Counted from the first letter of the stretch, positions 1 to 14,241 are shown. The stretch is DNA of 64,000 nucleotides from Candidatus Shikimatogenerans bostrichidophilus (GCA_029851385.1 CP099833.1:87455-151454), one strand, 5' to 3'. Notes: generated by a model not told the origin, from the letters alone. Numbers and translations are program-made.

Positions 1-272
1 TTTATTTAAATGTGCTATACATTTTGTAGGATGATAAATACCTATATAAAAATTTTTATAATAACAGAATTTACAATATCCATCTTTTAAAATCGGTAAT
101 AAATTTTTGCAACTTAAACATATAGTATAATATAATATAATTTTTATAGTTTTGTTTAAAAATTTATTTAAATTTATTTTATTTTTATAATTGTATATTA
201 AATAATACAATAAAGGGTTTTTTTTTTTATTAATAATTTATTAGTAATAAAAATATTTTTTTTTATTATCAT
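1..272 (-). CDS. DUF2797-family Cys4 protein; partial, with an apparent frameshift in an A11 tract
   Basis: Not in the ORF track. Manual translation gives ...NPLLYYLIYN..INLNKFLNKTIKI..TICLSCKNLLPILKDGYCKFCY..IYHPTKCIAHLNK, resembling Flavobacterial DUF2797 (CxxC-x10-CxxC, P..S.AHL). The ATG at 272 is in another frame. The gene runs off the window edge. Confidence 0.6.
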
Positions 273-297
273 AATAATTTTTTTTTAAAAATAATAT

Positions 298-370
298 CTC
301 CTCAAGCTGGACTCGAACCAGCTACCTTCTGATTAACAGTCAGATGCTCTACCAAATGAGCTATTGAGGA
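298..370 (-). tRNA. tRNA-Asn(GTT)
   Basis: Reverse complement TCCTCAATAGCTCA...TCTGA CT GTT AA TCAGA...GGTTCGAGTCC..TTGAGGAG forms a cloverleaf. Confidence 0.95.
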
Positions 371-433
371 TTTTATTTATAATTAATAATTATTAAATAA
401 TATATTAATAATAAATATAATAAAAGAAATAAT

Positions 434-1663
434 ATGAAAAAAATAGAATTATTATCACCTGTAGGTAGTTATGAAAGTTTATATGCAGCTATAAATGCTG
501 GAGCCGATTCTATATATTTTGGTGTAGAACAATTAAATATGAGAGCTTTAAGTAGTAATTTTATGACAGAAGATATTAAAAAAATATCTAGAATATGTAC
601 AAAATATAATGTAAAAAAATATATTACATTAAATACGATAATATATGATAATGATATTTTATTAGTTAAAAAAATTTTAAAAATATCAAAAATATATAAT
701 ATAGATGCAGTAATAGCTATGGATAATTTTGTTATAGAATACGCTAATAAATTAAAAATACCAGTACATATATCTACACAATTAAATATAACTAATTTAC
801 AAGCATTAAAATTTTATTCTAGGTATTCAGATGCTATAGTATTAAGCAGAGAATTAAATTTAAATCAGATTAAATTTATTTGTGATTCTATAAAAAAAGA
901 AAATATCAAAGGATATTCTAAAAAAAGAATAAAAATAGAAATTTTTGCACATGGATCATTATGTATGGCTATATCAGGTAAATGTTATTTAAGCTTACAT
1001 TCAGATAATTCATCCGCTAATAGAGGTGCTTGTAAACAAAATTGTAGAAGAGAATATATAGTTAAAGATAGTAATAAAAATTCTTATAAAATTAATAATC
1101 AATATATTATGTCTTCTAAGGATTTATTAACAATAAATTTTTTAGATAAAATTATTAATACAGGTATAAATATAATTAAAATAGAAGGTAGAGGGAAATC
1201 TCCAGAATATGTTAAAGTAGTAACTAAATGTTATAAGGAAGCTATAGAATCTGTTTATAATAATAAATATACGAAAGATAAAATTAATAAATGGATAAAT
1301 AGAATTAATAATGTATATAATAGAGGTTTTTGGTCCGGTTATTATTTAGGACAAAGGATAGGTGAATGGTCTAAAAAACCTGGTTCTATATCTATGTATA
1401 AAAAGTTATATATAGGTACTGTAATAAATTATTTAAGTAAAAAATCAGTTATGATAATACTTATAAATTCTTATGATATAAAAGTAAATGATTATATTTA
1501 TATAATAGGTAATAGAATAGGAGTAAAAATTATGAAAATTAAAATAATATATGATAGTAAAAGAGTAAGAAGAAATATAATAAAAAGTGGTAGTATATGT
1601 ACTATAAGAACAAAATTTAAAGTATATAAAAATAATAAAATTTATAAAATAATTAAAAGATAA
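434..1663 (+). CDS. Peptidase U32-family Fe-S protein, TrhP/YegQ-like tRNA hydroxylase
   Basis: ELLSPVGS, GADSIYFG, HISTQ, EIFAHGSLCMAISGKC..NRGACKQNCR (Glu plus 4 Cys), KIEGR motifs; about 410 aa. Confidence 0.9.
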   Translation: MKKIELLSPVGSYESLYAAINAGADSIYFGVEQLNMRALSSNFMTEDIKKISRICTKYNVKKYITLNTIIYDNDILLVKKILKISKIYNIDAVIAMDNFVIEYANKLKIPVHISTQLNITNLQALKFYSRYSDAIVLSRELNLNQIKFICDSIKKENIKGYSKKRIKIEIFAHGSLCMAISGKCYLSLHSDNSSANRGACKQNCRREYIVKDSNKNSYKINNQYIMSSKDLLTINFLDKIINTGINIIKIEGRGKSPEYVKVVTKCYKEAIESVYNNKYTKDKINKWINRINNVYNRGFWSGYYLGQRIGEWSKKPGSISMYKKLYIGTVINYLSKKSVMIILINSYDIKVNDYIYIIGNRIGVKIMKIKIIYDSKRVRRNIIKSGSICTIRTKFKVYKNNKIYKIIKR

Positions 1664-1664
1664 T

Positions 1665-1895
1665 ATGTTAACTATAATATATAATAGGAAAAAATGTATA
1701 GGATGTAGTAATTGTATATTAGTAAGTCCCTTATATTTTACAATTTCAAAACTAGATGGTAAATCTATTTTATTAAATTCTATATATAAAAATGGTAATT
1801 ATATACGAAAATCAATTAATAATATTAATTATAAATATATTGAAAAGGCAGTTAAAGTATGTCCTGTGAAAATTATTAAATTAATTAAATATTAA
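1665..1895 (+). CDS. Ferredoxin (single 4Fe-4S/3Fe-4S cluster)
   Basis: CIGCSNC...VCP motif; 76 aa; starts 1 nt after the U32 gene. Confidence 0.85.
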   Translation: MLTIIYNRKKCIGCSNCILVSPLYFTISKLDGKSILLNSIYKNGNYIRKSINNINYKYIEKAVKVCPVKIIKLIKY

Positions 1896-3397
1896 TATTT
1901 TTTTTTCATATTAAATAATTTTAAAAAACTATTTTTTTTAAAATAATTAAAAAATCCAATTCTTAAAAATTGATAATTTTTTTTTAATTTTAAATTGTAA
2001 TAGATATTTTTATCAATATAAAATTTTTTAATTTTAATGTCTTTATTATTATAGATTTTATTATTTTTTATATATAAATATTTATAGTCATATATATAAG
2101 TAGATTTTTTATTTTTAAAGGATACCCATTGTATAGTACTCCTTATCCTATTTTTATTAATATTTTTATATATTTTACAATATATTTTTGTAATTTTATT
2201 TTTATATTTTTTTATTTTGTAAGCCTTAATAGCATAATAATATTTTAATCTTACATAATTTTTAAATGATAATCTAAAAAAATTATTGTTATGTTTAATT
2301 TTAAAATCCTCCTTATCTATATATATTACTTTGCTTATAGATATTTTATATTTATTATCAATATTTATAGTATTATTCTTAGTTTTAGAAAAATTTTTTA
2401 AAATTACTTTAATAGGATTTTTTATAGCCATTATAATCTTAGTAATTTTTATAATTCTATTTTTAATATAAGATTCGAATTTTTCCAATTCTATATTTGT
2501 ATTTCTTTTAGTAAATCCATTAATTTTAATAAAATCTATTATATATTCTGGGTTATAATTTTTCATCTTGAATGAATCTAACGTAATTAATCTTGGATCA
2601 TTAAATGACTTAATAATTTTTTTTCTTAATAATAAATTAAAATATCTTTTACTAGTAATTATATTATTTATATTTAACCTAGAAAATTCAATTTGTTTTG
2701 GCTTATAGAAATTATATTCTTTATTGTATATATTATTTATAAACCAATTATATAGTGGTCTATGATTCTGAAATTCTATAGAACATAATGAATGAGATAT
2801 TTTTTCAATATAATCAGATTGTCCGTGAGCCCAATCATATGTAGGATAAATGTACCATTTATTCGCTGTTCTATAATGTTTTTTATGTCTTATACGATAC
2901 ATAACTGGATTTTTAATGTGATAATTAGGTAAGCTTTTATCTGTATAAGCTCTTAATACAAAATCATTATCTTTATAGTGTCCTAATTTCATATATTTAA
3001 AATAGAATAAATTCTTATCTATATCATCTATTTTTTTTCCATATTTAGTTTCTATAAAAGCTTTACCATTTTTTATCATATTTTTTGCCATATTATATAA
3101 AATTCCAAAATAATCAGAAGTATAAGTGATACGACTATATTCATACCCTAACCATTTAATATTTTTTATAATATTTTTAACAAAATATATATTTTCACTA
3201 TTTGGATTAGTATCGTCTAATCTTAGATAGATTTTACTATTAAAATATTTAGCTAAATAGAAATTTATATATATAGCTTTAACATGTCCTAAATGTAGTA
3301 CACCATTAGGTTCAGGAGCAAATCTAAATTTAAGTTTATCTATAGGTAACCCTTTATTAATATCATTAATAATTTCTTTAATTATAAAATTATTCAT
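1892..3397 (-). CDS. glnS: Glutaminyl-tRNA synthetase
   Basis: RFAPEPNGVLHLGH, RLDDTNP, WYIYPTYDWAHGQSD, ISHSLCSIEF, QIEFSRLN. Confidence 0.95.
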   Translation of the reverse strand: MNNFIIKEIINDINKGLPIDKLKFRFAPEPNGVLHLGHVKAIYINFYLAKYFNSKIYLRLDDTNPNSENIYFVKNIIKNIKWLGYEYSRITYTSDYFGILYNMAKNMIKNGKAFIETKYGKKIDDIDKNLFYFKYMKLGHYKDNDFVLRAYTDKSLPNYHIKNPVMYRIRHKKHYRTANKWYIYPTYDWAHGQSDYIEKISHSLCSIEFQNHRPLYNWFINNIYNKEYNFYKPKQIEFSRLNINNIITSKRYFNLLLRKKIIKSFNDPRLITLDSFKMKNYNPEYIIDFIKINGFTKRNTNIELEKFESYIKNRIIKITKIIMAIKNPIKVILKNFSKTKNNTINIDNKYKISISKVIYIDKEDFKIKHNNNFFRLSFKNYVRLKYYYAIKAYKIKKYKNKITKIYCKIYKNINKNRIRSTIQWVSFKNKKSTYIYDYKYLYIKNNKIYNNKDIKIKKFYIDKNIYYNLKLKKNYQFLRIGFFNYFKKNSFLKLFNMKKKY

Positions 3398-4640
3398 TAT
3401 TTATAAATTTTATTATTAGTAAGTAAAAATCTTTCTTACCTTTTTTAATAATTAAAAATTTATTATATAATAAATTATTAAGATATATAATAGAGTTAAC
3501 TATAATTTTACAATTTATATATATAGTACCGTTATTTTTAATATAGTTTCTATATTCTTTATATGATTTAAATATATCTTTATTAATATTAATTATTTCA
3601 TAAATAGTTATATAATTAGTTTTTTTAATTTTAATATTAATATTCTTAATATATTTTTTAATTAATTTTATATTATTTCTTATAATAGTTAATTTATTTT
3701 TATATAATATATTCATAACCTTCTTAATTTCTCTATATATATCATGGTTATATATCCATTTTATAAAAAAATTAATTAAATATTTTTGTATTATCTTCTT
3801 TTTTTTATTATTATTATGTTTAATAATTATTTTTTTTACATTATTAATATTAATAGTAGAAAAATATTTAAAATATTTAATTGAAGTGATATCTGATAAA
3901 TTAATAAAATATCTATAAATATCATATACTGATGTTTTTTTTTTAGATACCCATATATTATTAATATTTTTATTACTTTTACTAAATTTTATACCCTTAT
4001 CATTTAATAATAGAGGGAATGTAAATCCGTAAGATTCTTTTTTATTATTTTTTTTAATTAATTTAATACCAGTTAAAATATTATACCATTGATCTGAACC
4101 ACCTATTTGCAATACGCAGTTAAATTTTTTATACAATAAAAGATAATCGTATCCTTGTAATATGTGATAAATAAAATCTGTAAATTTTATAGATACATTA
4201 TTAACAATCATATTATTAATTTTTTTATTTTTTAAAAAATTATTTATAGAATTTATAAATAATATTTTTTTAGCAAATGGTAAGAATAGCATTTTTTTAT
4301 ACCATAGAATATTATTAATAAATTTTATATTTTTATTATTAGATAAATAAATAATTTGTTTTTTTAAATATTTTATATTTTTTTTTACCTTATTTATATT
4401 ATATTTATTTTTAATTAATGTAGTAGCTTCACCAAATAATATAATATATTTATTATATCCTAAGTTAAAAAATCTATTAATTATAGATAATCCTAATAGA
4501 TGGCCTAAATGTAAACTTTTATAAGTTGGATCTATACCAAAATAAAATTTATTATTTTTTGATTTAAAAAAATTAATTAAATTATTTGTACTGTTATATA
4601 ATAACTCTCTGTAATTTAATTCTTTTATAATATTTTTCAT
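3390..4640 (-). CDS. tyrS: Tyrosyl-tRNA synthetase
   Basis: GIDPTYKSLHLGH, LQGYD, LQIGGSDQW, KFSKS, C-terminal S4-like KKGKK. Confidence 0.93.
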   Translation of the reverse strand: MKNIIKELNYRELLYNSTNNLINFFKSKNNKFYFGIDPTYKSLHLGHLLGLSIINRFFNLGYNKYIILFGEATTLIKNKYNINKVKKNIKYLKKQIIYLSNNKNIKFINNILWYKKMLFLPFAKKILFINSINNFLKNKKINNMIVNNVSIKFTDFIYHILQGYDYLLLYKKFNCVLQIGGSDQWYNILTGIKLIKKNNKKESYGFTFPLLLNDKGIKFSKSNKNINNIWVSKKKTSVYDIYRYFINLSDITSIKYFKYFSTININNVKKIIIKHNNNKKKKIIQKYLINFFIKWIYNHDIYREIKKVMNILYKNKLTIIRNNIKLIKKYIKNINIKIKKTNYITIYEIININKDIFKSYKEYRNYIKNNGTIYINCKIIVNSIIYLNNLLYNKFLIIKKGKKDFYLLIIKFINNE

Positions 4641-4681
4641 ATTTTTTTATTATTACTTTAAAAAAAATAATATATAATAAA

Positions 4682-5707
4682 ATGAATATAAAAGATATTT
4701 TAAAATATAATAAAATAGTTTTAGGAATAGAAACATCTTTTAATGATACTTCTAGTTCTATTTTAAAAGGTAATAAGATATTATCAAATATAATATATGA
4801 ACAAAATCATAATAAATTTAATGGAGTAAAACCTAATATTGCTTATGATTTACACTTAAAAAATATTTATAATGTAGTAAAAAAATCTATTGATGAATCT
4901 AATATAAGTAAAAATGAAATTGATGCTATATCTTTTACTAAAGGTCCTGGATTAATAGGGTCACTTATGATTGGAGAAATATTTTCTAAATCATTAGCTT
5001 TATCATTAAATATACCTATTATAGGAGTTAATCATATACATGCACATTTATTATCTATATACATTTATAATAGATTTAAAAGGTATCCAGATTTCCCTTA
5101 TATTTGTCTTAGTATAAGTGGAGGGCATACAAAGTTATTTATAGTAAAAAATTTTTTTAAAATACTGGAAATAGGTACTACATTAGATCAACCATTGGGA
5201 ATTTTATATGATAAAACAGCTATATTATTAGGATATAAATATAAAAATGGAGCTAGTATTATAGAAAAGAAATCTAAATTAGGTAATTATACTTATAGAT
5301 TACCAATACCCAAAGTTAATGGGTTAAACTTTAGTTTTAGTGGGTTAATGACTAAAATTAAAAATATTATATTATATAATAAAGAATATAATAAAAATAA
5401 TATATGTAGGTCATTACAGGTAACTGTATGTAAAATATTAAAAGATAAAATTAATAAGGCTATAAATAAATATAATATAAGAAATATAGTAATTACAGGA
5501 GGAGTATCATCAAATAAATTTATAAAGGAAAATATAAAAATTAATTCTTTGAAAAATAAATATAAATTATTTTATAACTATAATAAAAATCTATTAAAAG
5601 ATAATGCAGCTATGATAGCATTAGTAGGTCAAATTAAGTTGCATTATAAATTATATGATAATTATTATATTAATAGTAAAAGTATATTAAATATAGAAAA
5701 TTTATAA
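4682..5707 (+). CDS. tsaD: tRNA threonylcarbamoyladenosine transferase TsaD
   Basis: LGIETS, GPGL, VNHIHAH, SGGHT, FSFSGL, GGVSSN, DNAAMIA. Confidence 0.95.
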   Translation: MNIKDILKYNKIVLGIETSFNDTSSSILKGNKILSNIIYEQNHNKFNGVKPNIAYDLHLKNIYNVVKKSIDESNISKNEIDAISFTKGPGLIGSLMIGEIFSKSLALSLNIPIIGVNHIHAHLLSIYIYNRFKRYPDFPYICLSISGGHTKLFIVKNFFKILEIGTTLDQPLGILYDKTAILLGYKYKNGASIIEKKSKLGNYTYRLPIPKVNGLNFSFSGLMTKIKNIILYNKEYNKNNICRSLQVTVCKILKDKINKAINKYNIRNIVITGGVSSNKFIKENIKINSLKNKYKLFYNYNKNLLKDNAAMIALVGQIKLHYKLYDNYYINSKSILNIENL

Positions 5708-5935
5708 ATTATATTTTTTATAAAATTTTTCTACTCTACCTGTAATTTTATTATCTTTTATATTATCAATATAAAATCTATGAGAGTATTTCGATATATC
5801 TATATTATAAAAAGGATATATTTTATTTTTATATTTAATTTTATATTTAGTTTTTATTGTAGATCTAGTAATAAAAAATTTATTATTATTAATATCTTTA
5901 AAAATTACTAATCTATAATTATTTTTTATTTTCAT
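5702..5935 (-). CDS. rpmE: 50S ribosomal protein L31 type B
   Basis: YRLVIFKD..FITRST..YP..DIS..SH.FY..GRVEKF. Confidence 0.92.
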   Translation of the reverse strand: MKIKNNYRLVIFKDINNNKFFITRSTIKTKYKIKYKNKIYPFYNIDISKYSHRFYIDNIKDNKITGRVEKFYKKYNL

Positions 5936-5959
5936 ACTAATAAGATATTGTTCATATAA

Positions 5960-7021
5960 TTAAATTACTAATAATAAATCACCGTATATATTAAAAGTAT
6001 ATTTGTTTCTAATAGCTTCATTATAAATTCTATTTATATCATTTATATTGCATAAATTAAACAAATACATAAAATTATAGGTATCAGGATAATTAAAGTA
6101 TGTTAGCAATGAGTTAACTTTTTTATATTTATAAAAATAGTCTATATTATTAATTATATAATCATTATATTTAATAATATTATATTTTACTGACATTAAA
6201 TTTTCAATTGCTTTTAAAGTATTTACCCCTATACAACATACTTTGTTAAAATTTTTGTTATTAATTTTTTCTATTTCTTTATCTAAAATAATTAATTTCT
6301 CATTACCGAATTTTTTTTTTTTAAAGCTTTTATTATATATATTACTTAATTGATAATAACTTAAATGAAAAGTAATTTTTAATATATTTATATTATTTAA
6401 TGTTAGTTTTAATAAAATATTTTTATCTATATAGGCTCCGGATGTCGGAAATATAATAGATCCTATTATTTTTGAATATGAATTTTCATATTTATTAATA
6501 TTTATATTGTCTTTTTTTTCTGTGAATTTATGTAATAAGTATTTACCTTTAGGAAAAAATTCTTTTTTAAAATTAAAATTATTTTTATCATATATAAATT
6601 TTATAATACGTCCTTTTGATGTAGTATTATTTAATACTTCAGAAGTAATTATATTATTCTTATTAATTTTAAAAAATAATTTATTACCTTTCCTTACTTT
6701 TCTTGCTGGATTAACTAACACATCCCATATATTATCATAATAATTAATTTCTTTTTTTAAATATATATCAATATATGATTTAATTCCATTTTTAATTTTA
6801 TACGCCTTATATTTAATAGGATAAGCTTTACTGTTATTAATAATTATTAAATCTTTTGAATCAAAATATTTATATAAATTTGTTATTTTATCATGAATAA
6901 TATTTTTAGTTTTATTATTAAATACCATTAATTTAGGTATTGTTAAAATATTAGGATATTTAGCTATTTTATTTTTATTAATATTTTTAATATTTTCTAT
7001 GAAATTATATTTATTAATCAT
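5960..7021 (-). CDS. queA: S-adenosylmethionine:tRNA ribosyltransferase-isomerase QueA (divergent)
   Basis: IAKYP, KLMV, NNSK, WDVLVNPARKVRKGNKL, EAI..KY.F..YGDLLLV. Confidence 0.85.
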   Translation of the reverse strand: MINKYNFIENIKNINKNKIAKYPNILTIPKLMVFNNKTKNIIHDKITNLYKYFDSKDLIIINNSKAYPIKYKAYKIKNGIKSYIDIYLKKEINYYDNIWDVLVNPARKVRKGNKLFFKINKNNIITSEVLNNTTSKGRIIKFIYDKNNFNFKKEFFPKGKYLLHKFTEKKDNININKYENSYSKIIGSIIFPTSGAYIDKNILLKLTLNNINILKITFHLSYYQLSNIYNKSFKKKKFGNEKLIILDKEIEKINNKNFNKVCCIGVNTLKAIENLMSVKYNIIKYNDYIINNIDYFYKYKKVNSLLTYFNYPDTYNFMYLFNLCNINDINRIYNEAIRNKYTFNIYGDLLLVI

Positions 7022-7210
7022 TTTATATAATTTATAAAATTATTATTATAATTTTGATTATAATAATTGATATATTATAATAATAATATATAATTATTTT
7101 AAATAATAATTATATATTTTGGTTATTTTAAAAAATATATATATGTCATTCTTTGAGTCAAATTATATGGATTTAAATACTTAATTTTAAAAAAATATAA
7201 AATTTTAATT

Positions 7211-8742
<1,532 letters not shown>

Positions 8743-8821
8743 TTAGAGTATAAAATTAATACCATATAGTTATATTCATGTAATGACATTAATATTTTTT
8801 TTAGAATATTTCATTCTATAC

Positions 8822-8895
8822 AGTCTTGTAGCTCATACGGTAAGAGCACTACACTGATAATGTAGAGGTACGTGGTTCAATTCCACGCAAGACTA
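8822..8895 (+). tRNA. tRNA-Ile(GAT)
   Basis: AGTCTTG...CAAGACT A acceptor stem; CTACA CT GAT AA TGTAG anticodon arm; lies in the rRNA spacer. Confidence 0.95.
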
Positions 8896-8921
8896 TTAGA
8901 ATGAGCATGTAAAAATAGAAG

Positions 8922-8994
8922 GGGGAATTAGCTCAACAGGTAGAGCATCTGTTTTGCATGCAGAAGGTTAACGGTTCAATTCCGTTATTCTCCA
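8922..8994 (+). tRNA. tRNA-Ala(TGC)
   Basis: GGGGAAT/ATTCTCC A acceptor stem with G3:U70; TCTGT TT TGC AT GCAGA anticodon arm. Confidence 0.95.
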
Positions 8995-9080
8995 TTTAAT
9001 ATTTTATAAATCTATATAATAGATTTATATATTTTTTTTGATATTTTAAAATTTATAATAAGTAATTTTATGATTCTCTG

Positions 9081-9110
9081 TTTAAATATTATATTTATAT
9101 AATATTTAAA
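9081..9110. repeat. AT-only inverted repeat in the 16S-23S spacer
   Basis: TTTAAATATTATAT-TT-ATATAATATTTAAA (14-bp arms). A second hairpin, ATAAATCTAT/ATAGATTTAT, lies near 9006-9028. Confidence 0.6.
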
Positions 9111-9132
9111 TTAATAAGTTGATAAAAGGTGT

Positions 9133-12053
<2,921 letters not shown>

Positions 12054-12126
12054 AATTTTTTATTAACTATTCATAAAATTATTTATTATTAATTTTTTTA
12101 AAAAATAATCTTATAAATAAAAGATT

Positions 12127-12244
12127 AAATAGGTTGTTAATAGGAATAATAATCACCTCTAACCATTCCGAACAGAGAAGTTAAAATTATTCACGCTGAT
12201 GGTACTAATTATTATTTAATTGGGAGAGTAAGTACAGCCCATTT
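12127..12244 (+). rRNA. rrf: 5S rRNA
   Basis: CACCTCTAACCATTCCGAACAGAGAAGTTAA, GATGGTACT, GGGAGAGTAAG; closed by the AAGATTAAAT/ATTTAATCTT stem. Confidence 0.92.
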
Positions 12245-12250
12245 AATCTT

Positions 12251-13522
12251 TTATAATTCTATATTATTTTTTATATCTTTAAAATCTATAATTTTAATTT
12301 TTTTATTTATATTTCTTTTAACTATAAAATAGTAAATACCATAAGTTGAATATATATATAAAATTTTATTTTTATCTAAAATTTTTATATTATTATTTTT
12401 CAAATATAATAACATTAATTTAATATTTTTTTTTATGCTTAAAAAATAAAAATTCTCTTCATCTTTTAATTTAGTTTTAATAATATCAATTTTTTTATTG
12501 TCTTCTTTGTTAAATACAATTTTATATGCTATATTAATAATTTTATATAGAAAAGGAGTCTTTTTATCTTGTATTTTATATCTATATATTAAACATCTTC
12601 TAATTAGTTTTCTTAAAACATAACCATATTTTTTATTATCAGGATAAATATTATTATTCATAATATAACATATTGATCTAATATGATCGATTATAATATT
12701 AATTAAAATTTTATATTTTTTATTATGTTTTGAAAATATATTTAATACTTTCTTTATTTTTTTTTTAATAGGATTAAAAATATCTATATCATATGTAGAT
12801 TTTTTATTTTGCAATATCATAGCAAGTCTTTCTAGGCCCATTCCTGTATCTATATAATTATTAGATGAGAAATTATTATTAAGTAATATTTTTTTTTTAT
12901 TTATAATATATTTAATATTAACTATATTCCATAATTCTATAAAATTTTTATTTTTTTTAAATTTTATATTATTATTTTTTGTTATATTTATATATATTTC
13001 TGTACAAGGTCCACACAAATTGAAGTTATCAATTTTCCAAAAATTATCTTTAAATCCTTTAAAAAAAATCTTATTTTTATTTATAAATTGTTTCCAATAT
13101 ATATAAGTCTTTATATCTTTTTTTAATTTATGTTCTTTGTTGCCTTTAAAAATTGTTACATATATTCTATCTTTAGAAATATTAAATATTTTTGTAATTA
13201 ATGTCCAAGAATATTTAATAGCTTTATACATATTATAATTACCTATTGACCAATTACCTAACATTTCAAAAAATGTATGATGAAAGTTATCTTTCCCGAC
13301 AGATTTAATGTCATTTATTCTAATACATTTTTGAGCATTAGCAATTCTAGTATATTTTATTTTTTTATTTTTTAAAAAATAATCTTTTAATTTATTTATA
13401 CCGGAATTTATAAATAACATTTTACTATTATCATTATTTATAATCGTAGAATAATTTATTATTTTATGTTTTTTTTTTAAAAAAAAGTATATAAATTTTT
13501 TTTTTATTTTATTATATTTCAT
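12251..13522 (-). CDS. alaS: Alanyl-tRNA synthetase, aminoacylation module only (no editing or C-Ala domain)
   Basis: LFINSG, QKCIR, HHTFFEMLGNWS, DNFW, GPCTEIY, IDTGMGLER, DHIR, GYVLRKLIRR, YSTYG; ends at 423 aa. Confidence 0.93.
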   Translation of the reverse strand: MKYNKIKKKFIYFFLKKKHKIINYSTIINNDNSKMLFINSGINKLKDYFLKNKKIKYTRIANAQKCIRINDIKSVGKDNFHHTFFEMLGNWSIGNYNMYKAIKYSWTLITKIFNISKDRIYVTIFKGNKEHKLKKDIKTYIYWKQFINKNKIFFKGFKDNFWKIDNFNLCGPCTEIYINITKNNNIKFKKNKNFIELWNIVNIKYIINKKKILLNNNFSSNNYIDTGMGLERLAMILQNKKSTYDIDIFNPIKKKIKKVLNIFSKHNKKYKILINIIIDHIRSICYIMNNNIYPDNKKYGYVLRKLIRRCLIYRYKIQDKKTPFLYKIINIAYKIVFNKEDNKKIDIIKTKLKDEENFYFLSIKKNIKLMLLYLKNNNIKILDKNKILYIYSTYGIYYFIVKRNINKKIKIIDFKDIKNNIEL

Positions 13523-13551
13523 ATTTTTGTATAATTATTAAAATATTTGAA

Positions 13552-14235
13552 ATGAACTATAAAATAATAAATTATATAAAAACTATAAAAAAAAATATTA
13601 ATACATTGTTATTATATAATTATATAAATAGCAGTAATATAATTTACCCATATATATATGAACATAATAATATTAATTATTCACAAATTGATATATTCTC
13701 AAAATTAATGATGAATAGAATAATTTTTATAGGAAGTGAAATTACTAGTGATATATCTAATATTATACAATCACAATTATTATTTCTAGACTCCGTAAAT
13801 ACAGATAATATAAAAATATATATAAATTCTCCAGGAGGTGATATATATTCTGGATTAGGTATTTATGATACTATGCAATTAATAAAATCTAAAATATCTA
13901 CTACTTGTATAGGACTGGCTGCTTCTATGGCTGCAGTATTATTATGCTCTGGATATAGAGGTAAAAGATATAGTCTTAAACATTCTAGAATTATGATACA
14001 TCAACCAATAATAAATAATTTTAACGGACAAGAATCAGATATATATATTAAAGCTAAAGAAATAAAAAGATTAAAAAAAGAATTATATAAGATTATTTCT
14101 TATCATACTAACAATAATATAAAAAAAATTATTAAAGATGCTGATAGAGATTATTGGATGACTTCTAAAAAGGCTTTGTCATATGGTATGATTGATAAAA
14201 TATTGTATAAAAAAAATAAAAATAAAAAAAAATAA
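13552..14235 (+). CDS. clpP: ATP-dependent Clp protease proteolytic subunit
   Basis: YINSPGG, GLAASMA, RIMIHQP, DRDYWM; catalytic triad intact. Confidence 0.97.
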   Translation: MNYKIINYIKTIKKNINTLLLYNYINSSNIIYPYIYEHNNINYSQIDIFSKLMMNRIIFIGSEITSDISNIIQSQLLFLDSVNTDNIKIYINSPGGDIYSGLGIYDTMQLIKSKISTTCIGLAASMAAVLLCSGYRGKRYSLKHSRIMIHQPIINNFNGQESDIYIKAKEIKRLKKELYKIISYHTNNNIKKIIKDADRDYWMTSKKALSYGMIDKILYKKNKNKKK

Positions 14236-14241
14236 TATAAA

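Noticed and set aside
7022..7210. rRNA promoter or replication origin in the longest AT-rich intergenic region
   Set aside because: One TAnnTTTG match (7049-7056) has no -33 TTTG partner and I saw no DnaA boxes; it cannot be told from chance at this AT content.
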